A DNA stretch of 64,000 bases, from positions 1,088,001 to 1,152,000 of the forward strand of contig CAVXRD010000001.1 in the NCBI GenBank assembly GCA_963764165.1, read 5' to 3'. Below are positions 16,191-26,248 of this stretch, piece by piece; the stretch's first letter is position 1, and each line of letters starts with the position of its first letter. The stretch comes from an uncultured Verrucomicrobiae bacterium (GTDB lineage: Bacteria; Verrucomicrobiota; Verrucomicrobiia; Limisphaerales; Palsa-1400). Below the pieces are notes generated by a model. That model was given only the letters and a program-made list of their open reading frames with translations. It made no database searches and was not told the origin of the DNA. The position numbers and the translations under genes are program-made.

Positions 16191-16516
16191 ACCCAAAACC
16201 GTTTCTCCAGATTGACCGCGTTATCCATGAAAAGGGCCGGCTGCCCATCATGTCCCTGCTGGCCGCCTCGCCGGGAATGTCCTTCACGGATCTCCGCGAC
16301 GCCCTCAATATGACCGACGGCAACCTGAGCATGCACATCAAAACGCTCCAGGAAGCGGGGTTCATCTCCGTCACAAAATCTTTCCAACGGCAACGCCCCC
16401 TGACGACCTGCTCGCTGACTCCCGGAGGCCGCCGCGCTTTTGCGGAATACATTGATTTGTTGGAGCAAATCGTCAAACAAGCGAAAGAAACCCGCCAAAT
16501 CATCGAAAAAAAATGA
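16187..16516 (+). CDS. Winged-helix transcriptional regulator (HTH_34/ArsR-like)
   Basis: DRVIHEKGRL...FTDLR...TDGNLSMH...LQEAGFI. GTG start overlaps the upstream stop. Confidence 0.88.
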   Translation: MNPKPFLQIDRVIHEKGRLPIMSLLAASPGMSFTDLRDALNMTDGNLSMHIKTLQEAGFISVTKSFQRQRPLTTCSLTPGGRRAFAEYIDLLEQIVKQAKETRQIIEKK

Positions 16517-16590
16517 ACGAAATTTCCGTTATGCCTTCTAACTTTGTAATGCAAAGTTTAATTCAGGAAGCTGCCACCAAACGGCGCACT

Positions 16591-17424
16591 ATGAAAATCA
16601 TTCGCGCAGCTCACATGGGAATGTGCTTCGGCGTGCGGGACGCCATCGCGAAAGCGATCGATGAATCGTCCCACCGCCCCCTCACCATTCTCGGAGATTT
16701 GGTTCATAACGAAAGCGTGCTGCAAGACCTGCGCTCGCGCGGCATCGCCATTGAGACACAGGCGGCGGCGGTGCAAACTTCGGCTGTGATGATTACGGCG
16801 CATGGCGCTTCCGACAAGACGATGGCGCAAGCGCGCTCGCGCGGGCTGGAAGTCCACGAGGCCACCTGCCCGCTCGTCCACTTCGCGCATCGCGCGGTCC
16901 GGCAATTGGTGCAGCAGGGTTATCATCCGGTCATCATTGGCCAGCGGGGGCACGTCGAAGTGCGCGGCATCACAGAAGACTTAAACGAATTCGATATTGT
17001 GCTGAGCGAAGAGGATGTTCTCGCTCTGAAAGAGCATCCACGGTTTGGCGTCGCCGCGCAAACCACGCAGCCGCTTGATAAAGTTCGAAGGCTTGCCGAG
17101 CTGATTCGCCAGCGATTTTCCAATTCCGAAGTTCGTTTAGTTGACACGGTTTGCCAACCCACCAAACAGCGCCAATCTGCCGCAGTCGAACTGGCCCGGC
17201 AATCAGACGTTGTCATAGTCATTGGTGGCGCGAACAGCAACAACACCCGCGAATTGGCCGCAACCTGCGGGCGCTACTGTGAAAACGCGCATCACGTCCA
17301 AGGCCCGGAGGATTTGCAATTGGATTGGTTCGCCGCGGCCGCCACCGTTGGCATCACCGCGGGAACATCGACACCCGATATTCTTATTGACTCCGTCGAG
17401 AACTGGCTGCGCGCCAATTTATGA
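16591..17424 (+). CDS. ispH: 4-hydroxy-3-methylbut-2-enyl diphosphate reductase
   Basis: GMCFGV, LVHN, AHG, ATCPLV, HVEV, QTT, TVC, SNN and TAGTSTP motifs. The ORF is open from 16513. Confidence 0.95.
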   Translation: MKIIRAAHMGMCFGVRDAIAKAIDESSHRPLTILGDLVHNESVLQDLRSRGIAIETQAAAVQTSAVMITAHGASDKTMAQARSRGLEVHEATCPLVHFAHRAVRQLVQQGYHPVIIGQRGHVEVRGITEDLNEFDIVLSEEDVLALKEHPRFGVAAQTTQPLDKVRRLAELIRQRFSNSEVRLVDTVCQPTKQRQSAAVELARQSDVVIVIGGANSNNTRELAATCGRYCENAHHVQGPEDLQLDWFAAAATVGITAGTSTPDILIDSVENWLRANL

Positions 17425-18843
17425 TTTCCTTTTGCGGCTCGCCTTGGCCGGGCCGACGACGCTTTCCACCTCTCCTTGATGCAGGCGGGTGCGAATCTTC
17501 TGGCCGGCCTGAGCATCCTGGCTGGAGCGGATGATTTTGCCGCTGGCAGAGTCCGTCGTGATGGAATAGCCGCGAGCCAAAACTTGCTCCGGCCCGAGGA
17601 GACGCAGATGCCCCGCCAGTGCGTCGCATCGCTGGCGCAAGTCGCGCAGCCGCCGCCGCGCTTGCTCATGCAATCGCGAAGTTTCTTGCGCGAGCTTTTC
17701 GCGGCGCTGCGCCAGGAGGCGGCCGGGACGCAGCATCCGCAATCGGGCCGTCAACAATTGCGCCGCGTGCGCGCGCCAGGCGAAGCCTTCTTGCATCGCT
17801 TGCGCCAGCGCGTCTTTCAGGTCGTCAAAATATTGCAGGCGCTGATTGAGCAAGCGTCGCGGGTGCGAGGCCCGCAGCCTCGCCGCGACTTGCGACAAAT
17901 GGCGTTGTTCCCCGGCGACGCGGCGCCGCGCAGCATCGTCCATCCGATCCAACGCTCCCGGAATCCACCGTGCGCCCGCGAAAAACCCTTCCGTTAGAAT
18001 TTCCGCGCCAGCCGTCGGGGTCGCCGCGCGAAAATCGGCGGCGAAATCGCTGATGGTAAAATCGATCTCGTGGCCCACCGCCGAGACGATGGGAACGGCG
18101 GATTTCACAATCGCGCGGGCAACGGCCTCCTCGTTGAACGCCCACAAATCCTCCAAACTTCCGCCACCGCGTGTCAATAAAATGGCATCCAATTTCGTGC
18201 TGCTCCGCAAGGACCATTCGTTGAGCAGTCCGATGGCCGCCGCGATTTCAGATGCGGCGCCCGATCCCTGCACGGAGCTGGCAACGAAAATGATTTCGAG
18301 CGCGGGATGCCGCCGCTGGACGCAATGCAAGACATCGCGCAGCGCAGCGCCACTGGGCGACGTAATCAATCCGATGCGCTGCGGAAATCGCGGCAGCGGA
18401 CGCTTGCGCTCCTGGGCAAAAAGCCCTTCGCTGTCGAGCTTCAGCTTGAGCCGCTCGAAGGCCGCCTGGAGCGCGCCGATGCCCTGCGGCTCGATGGCGA
18501 GAACGTGAAGCTGGTATTGGCCGCGCGGCTCATAAACCGTCAATTCCCCCTTAAGAATCACCTTCTGCCCGTCCTGCAAAGAACCGCGATTGGCCACCGC
18601 GTCCGTGCGGAACAAAACGCAACTGATTTGCGCGCCGCCGTCCTTCAACGTGAAATAAATGTGCCCCGAGCTTTGATTGCGGCAATTCGTGATTTCTCCG
18701 GAAATCCACAGTTGCCCAAAGTTTCGCTCGAGGATTTTTCGAATATCGCCCGTCAGTTCCGTTACGGAAAAAACCCGCCGCGTCGCCTCCTGCGGGAAAA
18801 GCTCGCCGCCAAAATCCCATTGTGATGACGACTGGCGCGGCAT
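17419..18843 (-). CDS. xseA: Exodeoxyribonuclease VII large subunit
   Basis: SGHIYFTLKD, RGQYQL, ITSPSGAA, RGGGSLEDLWAFN, VGHEIDFTISDF. Confidence 0.96.
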   Translation of the reverse strand: MPRQSSSQWDFGGELFPQEATRRVFSVTELTGDIRKILERNFGQLWISGEITNCRNQSSGHIYFTLKDGGAQISCVLFRTDAVANRGSLQDGQKVILKGELTVYEPRGQYQLHVLAIEPQGIGALQAAFERLKLKLDSEGLFAQERKRPLPRFPQRIGLITSPSGAALRDVLHCVQRRHPALEIIFVASSVQGSGAASEIAAAIGLLNEWSLRSSTKLDAILLTRGGGSLEDLWAFNEEAVARAIVKSAVPIVSAVGHEIDFTISDFAADFRAATPTAGAEILTEGFFAGARWIPGALDRMDDAARRRVAGEQRHLSQVAARLRASHPRRLLNQRLQYFDDLKDALAQAMQEGFAWRAHAAQLLTARLRMLRPGRLLAQRREKLAQETSRLHEQARRRLRDLRQRCDALAGHLRLLGPEQVLARGYSITTDSASGKIIRSSQDAQAGQKIRTRLHQGEVESVVGPAKASRKRKS

Positions 18844-18848
18844 GCGTG

Positions 18849-19631
18849 TCAATTCAACGATTCGGAAATGCGGATGATGGAGGTCGCGCGGCCCGTCTCA
18901 TTATCGATCCCGATCAGCGCGCCCTGCAATTTGATATTTCCCGAAGCGACACCAAATTTTCGCGGCGTGTTGGTGCAAAATTTCTCGATCACAGGCTGGA
19001 TTTCCCGCCCGAGCACGCTTTCGTGCGGGCCCGTAAAACCGGCATCTGTCAAATAAGCTGTCCCGCCCGGAAAAATCTGTTCATCTGCTGTTTGAACGTG
19101 GGTGTGGGTGCCGATCACGGCGGAAACTTTTCCGTCCAGCATTCGCGCCATGGCAATTTTCTCCGATGTCGCCTCGGCATGCATGTCAACGATAATAATT
19201 GGCGTCATTTGCCGCAGATGCACGATCTCCGCCAGCGCGCAGGGAAAGGGATTATCCAGCGGCGCCATGAAAGTGCGGCCTTGCAGGTTGAGCACGCCTA
19301 CCGCTGGTGCGCCGGAGGATCTCCAGACCGTGCTGCCGCGGCCGACGGTGCCAGGCGGATAATTGCACGGGCGCAAGATTCGCGGTTCGGTTTGCAGAAG
19401 CATCATGACTTCCTTTTGGTCCCAAAGATGATCCCCCGTGGTGATGATGTGGACGCCCGCATCGAGAATTTCCCCGGCGGTGTTGATGGTGATGCCCGCG
19501 CCGCCCGCGGCATTCTCGCCATTGGCCACGATCACATCAATTTGATGTTTCTCCCGCAAGCCCGGCAGCAGCCGGCGCAGGGCGTGCCGGCCGGGTTCAC
19601 CGACCACATCGCCGACGAAAAGCAGATTCAC
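18849..19631 (-). CDS. ymdB: YmdB-like metallophosphoesterase
   Basis: GDVVG, NGENAAGG, DMHAEATSEK, GTHTHVQT. Confidence 0.93.
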   Translation of the reverse strand: MNLLFVGDVVGEPGRHALRRLLPGLREKHQIDVIVANGENAAGGAGITINTAGEILDAGVHIITTGDHLWDQKEVMMLLQTEPRILRPCNYPPGTVGRGSTVWRSSGAPAVGVLNLQGRTFMAPLDNPFPCALAEIVHLRQMTPIIIVDMHAEATSEKIAMARMLDGKVSAVIGTHTHVQTADEQIFPGGTAYLTDAGFTGPHESVLGREIQPVIEKFCTNTPRKFGVASGNIKLQGALIGIDNETGRATSIIRISESLN

Positions 19632-19686
19632 GCAGCGAGCTTAGCTCCCGCGAAGCGAGTGGCAAGGGCGCAAATCGATCTTTGAA

Positions 19687-19788
19687 GGCAGGGACGCCTC
19701 GGCGAGGCGTCCGGGGTGAAACGTTATCCACGCGGGAGCCGTTGGAATGTCCACGCCCAACCGGACGCCTCGGCGAGGCGTCCCTGCC
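19687..19788. repeat. Paired REP-like palindromes (GGCAG-GGACGCCTCGGCGAGGCGTCC), REPIN copy 1
   Basis: Inverted units at 19687-19712 and 19763-19788. The same unit recurs at 29.4, 48.0 and 49.3 kb. Confidence 0.85.
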
Positions 19789-19870
19789 TCGGAATTAAGA
19801 TGCGTCTGCCCTGACTGGAAGCCGAACTCTGCTCGACATTCCTGCTTCGCTTCGGTAAACAACACGGTGC

Positions 19871-20689
19871 GTGAACCCTGGGTTGCCAAGTCTCCTGCTT
19901 TTGATTCCGGCCTATAACGAAGAGGCGCGGATTGGCCCCGTTTTGAAGACTTACGCCGAATTCTTTCCGAAACATTACCAGGGCAAATTTCAATTGGTGG
20001 TCGTGCTGAACGGCTGCCGCGACAACACGCTGGGCGTTGTGAAATCGGTCGCGGCCGATTACCCGGTTATCAGCTGGGCCAACCACCTGGACCCCATCGG
20101 CAAGGGTGGCGCATTGATCGAGGGGCTCAGGATGGCTCCGCTGGCGGATTTGATCGGATACGTGGACGCGGACGGCGCCACCGAGCCGCTGGCTTTTCTC
20201 GATCTTGTCAAACACATCGAAGAGGCCGATTGCGTCATTGGCTCCCGCTGGGTCAAGGGAGCGGTGCTTCACCAGGTGCAATCGGGTGAACGGCGGGTCG
20301 CCAGCAGGTGCTTTCATTTCATCGTCCGCTTTTTCTTTCCGAGCCTGAAAATACGCGACACGCAGTGCGGCGCCAAAGTGATGAAACGGGAGGTCGTCGA
20401 GAAAATTCATTCGTCCCTTTGCATCGCCGACATGGCCTTCGACATAAATCTTCTTTACCTCATCCAGCGCAGCGGCTATCGCATCCTTGAAGTTCCGACC
20501 GAATGGACCGACAAGACGGGTTCGAAAGTGAGTCTCTTCAAATCATCGCTGACGATGCTGCTGTCTGTGCTTCGTGTGCGTTCAATTTATTCGCCGCTCA
20601 AGCCGTTGCGTCCGCTTTTTGCCCCGATTGAGAATTGGTTTTATCGGAAGCTTTCTCCGGTCCCGCCAAAGCCGGATCCAAAGGAGTGA
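19871..20689 (+). CDS. Family 2 glycosyltransferase (polyprenol-phosphate glycosyltransferase-like)
   Basis: IPAYNEE, GKGGA, DADG, DTQCGAK. Confidence 0.9.
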   Translation: MNPGLPSLLLLIPAYNEEARIGPVLKTYAEFFPKHYQGKFQLVVVLNGCRDNTLGVVKSVAADYPVISWANHLDPIGKGGALIEGLRMAPLADLIGYVDADGATEPLAFLDLVKHIEEADCVIGSRWVKGAVLHQVQSGERRVASRCFHFIVRFFFPSLKIRDTQCGAKVMKREVVEKIHSSLCIADMAFDINLLYLIQRSGYRILEVPTEWTDKTGSKVSLFKSSLTMLLSVLRVRSIYSPLKPLRPLFAPIENWFYRKLSPVPPKPDPKE

Positions 20690-21959
20690 GCGGCCCATTC
20701 CCGAGCGAGAAAAGAGCCGCGACCAAACAAAGCGCCAAATTGGCCGCGCCGACCGTCTGAATCACCCGGACGAACGCATCAAATGGCTGCGCCATCCGCA
20801 CCAGCGCCGGGGCTTCCAAGCAAAGCGCCGCTGTATAAAGTGGCGGCACCAGCATCAGCCAACATATCGCCCGAAAATCCCCTCGCGCGAGGAGGTTTTG
20901 CACCAGCACGTTGGCGACGGTCAGCGGCAGCAGCGCCCAGGCAAACCAAGGCACCAACGGCGCGGCGCTCCACATTTCGCGGTTGCTGAAGTAAATGCCC
21001 ATCAGCGGCAATTTGGGAAAAATCGTGCAGCCAATTCCAGAGACCATTCCAAATAGAATTGTCGCAACGAGTGTCACGCGCAGCCCGCCGCCGTCTTCAG
21101 AGCGCGACACGCTCTTCGCCACCCGCGCGAACATTACGAGCGCAACCGGCGCGATGAATTGCACGATGGCAAAGCCCGTCAGCATCGCGCCGAGGTAAAG
21201 CGCAGTCTGGCGCGTGTCGGTGAAAAGGCTTTGCACGAAGAGCATGTCGATGCTTTGCATCAGAAGCACTGTCCCGAGTCCGACGGTCATCGGCAGCGCG
21301 ACGTTCAACCATTTTCGCCATCGAAATTTCACTTCGCTCCTGGCGGCCCAAACGGGTCGCGTCATCAATGCTCCGAGCACAATGGTGATCACCTGTCCCA
21401 CCACGGCTGCAAACATCACCGAAGCCGCTTTGCCACCGAAAGCGAGCACCACGAGGCACGTTGCCGTGAAGCGTCCTGCTCCGTCGCAAATTTGCAGCCA
21501 GCCCAATCCAAAAAAATGGTGTTGACCTTGAAGGACGCCCTTCGCCACTGGAATCCAAAGCGACGTCAAACCGATGACCAGCATGAAACCGAGCGCGGCG
21601 ACATTGTGAATCTTGAGAAGGTGCGAGATTGGCCGCGCCGACGCAAAAATGGCGATTGCGCATAGCGCCCAAATTGAAAACGTCGCAAATAAAACGGATC
21701 GAACAGTGCTTGCGAGTTCCGCTTCTTCGGCGTCGTTCTTCACTGCCGCCGCCTGACGCGCGAAAATTGTTTGAAGGGCGGCGGCGGGGATCCCGAGGAT
21801 GATGAGAACGCGCAACAACGCTCCAAAAGTCGAATAATCCTCCGCTCCCATTTTTCGCGCGACCGTGTGGACAAGGGTCATGAGCGTCCCGCCGACGAAC
21901 GTGGAAATGACCATCCAACCACTTTGCCGAAAGAAGCCCGTGTCCCGCTTCGCGCTCAT
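20598..21959 (-). CDS. Oligosaccharide flippase (Wzx/MOP superfamily)
   Basis: About 12 TM segments; FFRQSGWM start; GVLQGQ..F..LG motif. Confidence 0.8.
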   Translation of the reverse strand: MSAKRDTGFFRQSGWMVISTFVGGTLMTLVHTVARKMGAEDYSTFGALLRVLIILGIPAAALQTIFARQAAAVKNDAEEAELASTVRSVLFATFSIWALCAIAIFASARPISHLLKIHNVAALGFMLVIGLTSLWIPVAKGVLQGQHHFFGLGWLQICDGAGRFTATCLVVLAFGGKAASVMFAAVVGQVITIVLGALMTRPVWAARSEVKFRWRKWLNVALPMTVGLGTVLLMQSIDMLFVQSLFTDTRQTALYLGAMLTGFAIVQFIAPVALVMFARVAKSVSRSEDGGGLRVTLVATILFGMVSGIGCTIFPKLPLMGIYFSNREMWSAAPLVPWFAWALLPLTVANVLVQNLLARGDFRAICWLMLVPPLYTAALCLEAPALVRMAQPFDAFVRVIQTVGAANLALCLVAALFSLGNGPLTPLDPALAGPEKASDKTNSQSGQKADATA

Positions 21960-21963
21960 GGAG

Positions 21964-23093
21964 TCATGGCAGCGATTGCAGGAAACGAAGGAAGCAGTCC
22001 GCGGCGCCGTTCAGAGATTTCAGACTGATCCACTCGTCGGCAGTGTGAGCCTGGGCAAGGTCGCCCGGCCCAAACACAATGCTCGGCGTGCCCGATTCCG
22101 CCAGCACCGCGGCATCGCAGAAAAAATGAACTCCCACCGGCGCTTTTTGGCGTGCCGCTTTGAGGAATTGCTGCACCAGCGGACGGTCCGCGTTTGTTTC
22201 CATCGGCTGGCAAGGAGCGTCTTTTTCGTCGTGAATAATCGCGCGCAATTTGTGCTTGCGCAGCAGCGCCTGCAATTCGCGCTTCACGCTCGCTTCCGTT
22301 TCCCCCGGCAATGTGCGGCGGTCGGCGCTCGCTTCGCACGCGGCGGGAACGATGTTCGCCTGGCTGCCGCCCTTGATCCAACCAACGCTGATTGTCGGAC
22401 TGCCGAGCAATGGATGCCTCCGCTTGGCCAGCATCGCGGCATATTCGGTTTGCATCACATCGACAATGCGGGACATTTCGTGGACTGCATTTATTCCCCG
22501 ATCGGGGCATGCACCGTGCGCCGCTTTGCCGCGAGTTTCGAGGTGCAGCCAGAGGCTCCCTTTGTGGGCCGTGACGACCTTTAGTTTGGTTGGCTCGCCA
22601 ACAATGGCCAGGTCCGCTTTGAAACCGCTGGCGGCCAAGGCGCGCGAGCCCGCTTGCGCTTTCTCCTCGTCAATGAATGCGCAAAAAACAATTTCGGTTT
22701 CGGCGGCCGCGGATGATTTCGCGCAAACTCCATCAGCGCCCCCAGCATCGACGCCACCGAACCTTTCGTGTCGCACGCCCCGCGCCCGTAGATGCGGCCA
22801 TCGCGCAGCGCGGGAACAAGCTGCTCCGGCGTGAACGCGCCAACGGTGTCCATGTGCGGCGCAAGGAGAATGCGTTTCTTGACAGGGCCGCTTGGAGAAA
22901 GGCTGGCAAGGACATTCGAACGGCCCTGAACAACGTCCTGCATTTCGACATCCAGTCCCGCCTTGGCAGCAGTCGCCGCCAGGAAATCCGCGACGCGCCC
23001 TTCGCCCGCCAGTGGGTCGCCCTCCGGCAGAAAAGCAGGATTGACGCTCGGCAGCGCGATCAGTTCACGCGTGAGTTTTTCGATTTCGGTCAC
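21964..23093 (-). pseudogene. M20-family (ArgE/DapE-like) peptidase split by a frameshift near 22700-22725
   Basis: N-part (PSVNP, HMDTV, GRGACDTKG) is in one frame. C-part (IDEE, GEPT, HKG, GG..NIVP, FGPG..AQAH) is in another. May be a sequencing error. Confidence 0.8.
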
Positions 23094-23495
23094 CGGCGCA
23101 GATTAATCCCTTCACCCACCGGCGCAAGGCAAAGTCTGCTCGTCCCTTGTTCCCTGGCGCAGGGCAGCTTTTGACAGAGGCGGATTACTGCGCCGAACTG
23201 ATGACGAACCACCCCGGTGCCATCGGTTCCGATTAAAGACGTGGGTCCGCACCCAATCGGGGACACCTTTTCATTTTTCTTGGACACACAAAAACCCCAT
23301 CGCTAAACGTGGCACGCGGGCATTGAGGCTTGCCACTGCCCGCGTGCCGAGTTGCTGTCAAGAGGATTGGAAGCCAAATGCGAATCAAATCCATGCAAAC
23401 CAGAATTGAGCCGCTGGCGCGAAGGGAGGCAAATGAGTTTGCAAATCTGATTCGCGCCCGTTATTCCCCCGGCAATCGAAGCGCAATCGAATTTT

Positions 23496-24569
23496 CTACA
23501 ATAACGTGAGCTGTTGGGCGGTTGGCTCCCGAAGATTGCTTACACCCAGCCCAAGCAGACGCAGCGGCCTCGATACCAATCTTTCGCGACCCAATAAAAA
23601 GCATCCAAGCCGGTAAATTTCCGACGATTCGGTGATCGGCTCCTCAACGGAAATCTGGCGCGTGAGAGTCGTGAAATCCGTGTAGCGAACTTTCACTTGG
23701 ACAGTGTGCGCAGCCAGTTGCTTTTTTTTGAGGCGCCCCGAAATATCAGCGGCCTGCTCGCGCAAACAGGCGCGCAGAATTTTCCGATCTTCGGTGTCCC
23801 TCAAAAATGTCTCCTCGCCACTGATGCTCTTGACATCGTCTCCAATGGAAAGCGGACGATCATCCTCGCCGAAGGCAAACTGTTTCAACTTGACGCCGAA
23901 CGAACCGATGATCGCGCGAAGGTCGCCGGTGTAATCCTGCAAATCCCCCACTGTCGCCACGCCCGCCTGCGCCAGAGTTTGCTCGGTGACTTTGCCGACA
24001 CCGTAGAGCGCGCGCACCGGCAGAGGGCGCAGAAAAGCAATCTTGTTCTTGTCAGGCACGACGGTGAGGCCGTCGGGCTTTTTGTGGTCGCTCGCAATCT
24101 TTGCCAGAAGCTTGTTCGACGCGATGCCAATGGTGGCCGTCAGCTTTCGCTCGGCGGCAATTCTATGTTTGACAGTTTGTGCCAGCGGAACGGCCTTTTG
24201 CAGAGAATCATCGATTTCGGCGGCCTGGCAAAGCTGGGAGACGTCGAGGTAGGCTTCGTCGATGGACATTTGCTCGATGATCCCGCCGGTGTCCGCCACG
24301 ATGTCCATGATGCGGCGCGATTCTTCGCGATAGCGATCCATGCGCGGCCGCACGAAAACGCCATTGGGACAGAGCCGCCCGGCGGTTGCGCTCGGCATGG
24401 CGGAACGAACGCCGAATTTGCGCGCCTCGTAGCTCGCCGCGCAAACGACGCCACGCTGGTTCGGCGGCGCGCCGACGATGACCGGGCGCCCGCGCAGCCG
24501 CGGCTCATCGCGCTGCTCGACGGATGCGTAAAAGGCGTCCATGTCCAGATGGCAAATGACGCGAAACAC
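23496..24569 (-). CDS. dinB: DNA polymerase IV
   Basis: HLDMDAFYASVE, ASYEAR, SIDEAYLD, KLLAKIAS, and C-terminal clamp motif QLTLL. GTG start at 24569. Confidence 0.96.
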   Translation of the reverse strand: MFRVICHLDMDAFYASVEQRDEPRLRGRPVIVGAPPNQRGVVCAASYEARKFGVRSAMPSATAGRLCPNGVFVRPRMDRYREESRRIMDIVADTGGIIEQMSIDEAYLDVSQLCQAAEIDDSLQKAVPLAQTVKHRIAAERKLTATIGIASNKLLAKIASDHKKPDGLTVVPDKNKIAFLRPLPVRALYGVGKVTEQTLAQAGVATVGDLQDYTGDLRAIIGSFGVKLKQFAFGEDDRPLSIGDDVKSISGEETFLRDTEDRKILRACLREQAADISGRLKKKQLAAHTVQVKVRYTDFTTLTRQISVEEPITESSEIYRLGCFLLGRERLVSRPLRLLGLGVSNLREPTAQQLTLL

Positions 24570-24692
24570 AGGCTGACAGTAACCTATTCGATGCGGCAGG
24601 GCGAGGCTCCTGCCGAGCCGTTCGACCATTGCCTGAAAATAGGAAGAATGGGACTTATAGGGCTCAAGGTCCTATGAGCCTCCCATAAATTA

Positions 24693-25934
24693 TTACAGAA
24701 CCGCCGGAATTTTCGTTGAGCGCGAAGATAAATCTTCCGGCTGACCCGCATCCGCCTCCACCGGTTCCGTCACGGGGAAAATGATCGCCGCCGCCACCAT
24801 TGCCAATGCGCCACACGACAGCCACAGCGCATAAGGGCTGATGGCAAAGAGGCGCAGGCCGATTTGGGGCGCAACGATTAATGCAGCTGACCACGTCAGC
24901 GAATACACTCCCATGTATCTCCCCCGCAAATGCGCCGGCGCAAGCCCCGCAACGTATGCGCTGGACACCGGCATCGTCACCATTTCGCCAACGGTGAAAA
25001 TCACGAGGCACCCCACCAGCGCGGGCACGGTGTGCGCGAACGCGATCAACGTGAACCCTGCCCCGATGATCAAATAGCCCACAAACATCACGAGGCGCGA
25101 AGGAAGCTTCCGCGTCCATGAGGTCAGCGGCAGCTCGCACATCACCACCAAGACGCCGTTCAGCGACAAGATAAGCCCATACGTCGAGGTGGGAAATCCC
25201 TGCTTCGTGACGTGAAGCCCGAACGTCGAGCTGATTTGCAGGAACACAATGGCGAGCAAAAACGCGGCGCCCAACACGCGGAGAAATCTCCGGTCGCCGC
25301 CGAGCGCTTTAAAATCTTTTGTCCATCCGCCGCCCTCATGGGGAACGGGTTTTCCCCGCGGCAAGGCGATCAGCGCGATGATTCCGAACAGCACCGAGGT
25401 CGCGGCGTCACCCGCAAACAACCAGAAGTACCCCCTCGCCGCCAGAAAACCGGCCGTCGCCGGGCCGAAGGCAAATCCCGCATTAAATGCCATCCGGTAA
25501 GCCGCGTAAGCAGTGACACGTTGATTGTGAGGCACAAGGTCGGCGAGCAACGCGCTGCTGGCGGGCCGATAAAGCTCGCCTGTCAACGCGGCGAGAAAGG
25601 TCGACAAAATAATGCCTGGCAGGCTGTTCGACTGCGACAGCATCACCATCGCGGCAGCCACGGAAAACATCGAAATCGCGATCGTCTTGCGCCTGCCGAT
25701 GACGTCTGCCAGATGGCCGCCAATGAGCGACGCCATCAAGCCTCCGAGTCCGTAGGCGCTCATGGCCAGGCCGGCGTCGGTCAAGGAGAATCCGCGCTGC
25801 GTCAAATATAAGGTAAGGAACGGGATGACAAACGTCCCGAATTTATTCAGGAACGTCCCGAGAAACAAAACCCACGCCGCCCGCGGGAGCAAGCGCAGCC
25901 GCGTCAACAACGAACCATCATCAGCTTCGTTCAT
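24693..25934 (-). CDS. MFS transporter
   Basis: 12 TM segments; motif A GHLADVIGRR; APAHLRGRYMG. Confidence 0.92.
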   Translation of the reverse strand: MNEADDGSLLTRLRLLPRAAWVLFLGTFLNKFGTFVIPFLTLYLTQRGFSLTDAGLAMSAYGLGGLMASLIGGHLADVIGRRKTIAISMFSVAAAMVMLSQSNSLPGIILSTFLAALTGELYRPASSALLADLVPHNQRVTAYAAYRMAFNAGFAFGPATAGFLAARGYFWLFAGDAATSVLFGIIALIALPRGKPVPHEGGGWTKDFKALGGDRRFLRVLGAAFLLAIVFLQISSTFGLHVTKQGFPTSTYGLILSLNGVLVVMCELPLTSWTRKLPSRLVMFVGYLIIGAGFTLIAFAHTVPALVGCLVIFTVGEMVTMPVSSAYVAGLAPAHLRGRYMGVYSLTWSAALIVAPQIGLRLFAISPYALWLSCGALAMVAAAIIFPVTEPVEADAGQPEDLSSRSTKIPAVL

Positions 25935-25940
25935 AAAAGC

Positions 25941-25975
25941 AAAAAACCCTGCCCGCCTTTCGGCAAGCAGGGTTT
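25941..25975 (-). terminator. Intrinsic terminator directly upstream of the MFS start codon (attenuator)
   Basis: Minus strand AAACCCTGCTTGCC-GAAA-GGCGGGCAGGGTTTTTT. Confidence 0.8.
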
Positions 25976-25993
25976 GGAAAAATTCTTTCTTCT

Positions 25994-26059
25994 TTACCTG
26001 CCCGCCTCCGCTTTGTGCCAGTTCAGATTCATGGACTGGACAGAGTTACGGCCAAACAT
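25994..26059 (-). CDS. Candidate attenuator leader peptide MFGRNSVQSMNLNWHKAEAGR (12 aa if it starts at 26032)
   Basis: Short ORF whose 3' end duplicates the terminator 3' arm (11-nt repeat). Confidence 0.55.
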   Translation of the reverse strand: MFGRNSVQSMNLNWHKAEAGR

Positions 26060-26248
26060 AACGCGCGTGGAATAGCGCGCAGCCATCGCCGGCTTGGAAG
26101 CCAGCGGCGCGGCGCCGTTCGCGGCGGTCATGTTCGGGCAAGTGGTCATTTACTGTGGGAAATTTCTAACACGGCGGCGTTCCAGAGGGCAACTAATAAC
26201 TTTCATGAATCACAATCGCAAGATGTAATATTCGGATGCGTTGATGAG

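Noticed and set aside
23198..23240. Hammerhead ribozyme (CTGATGA followed by a GAACC/GGTTC stem)
   Set aside because: The stem is followed by CGATT rather than the required GAAA core.
24570..24629. N-terminal extension of DinB
   Set aside because: It overlaps a REP-like palindrome; homology starts at the GTG at 24569.
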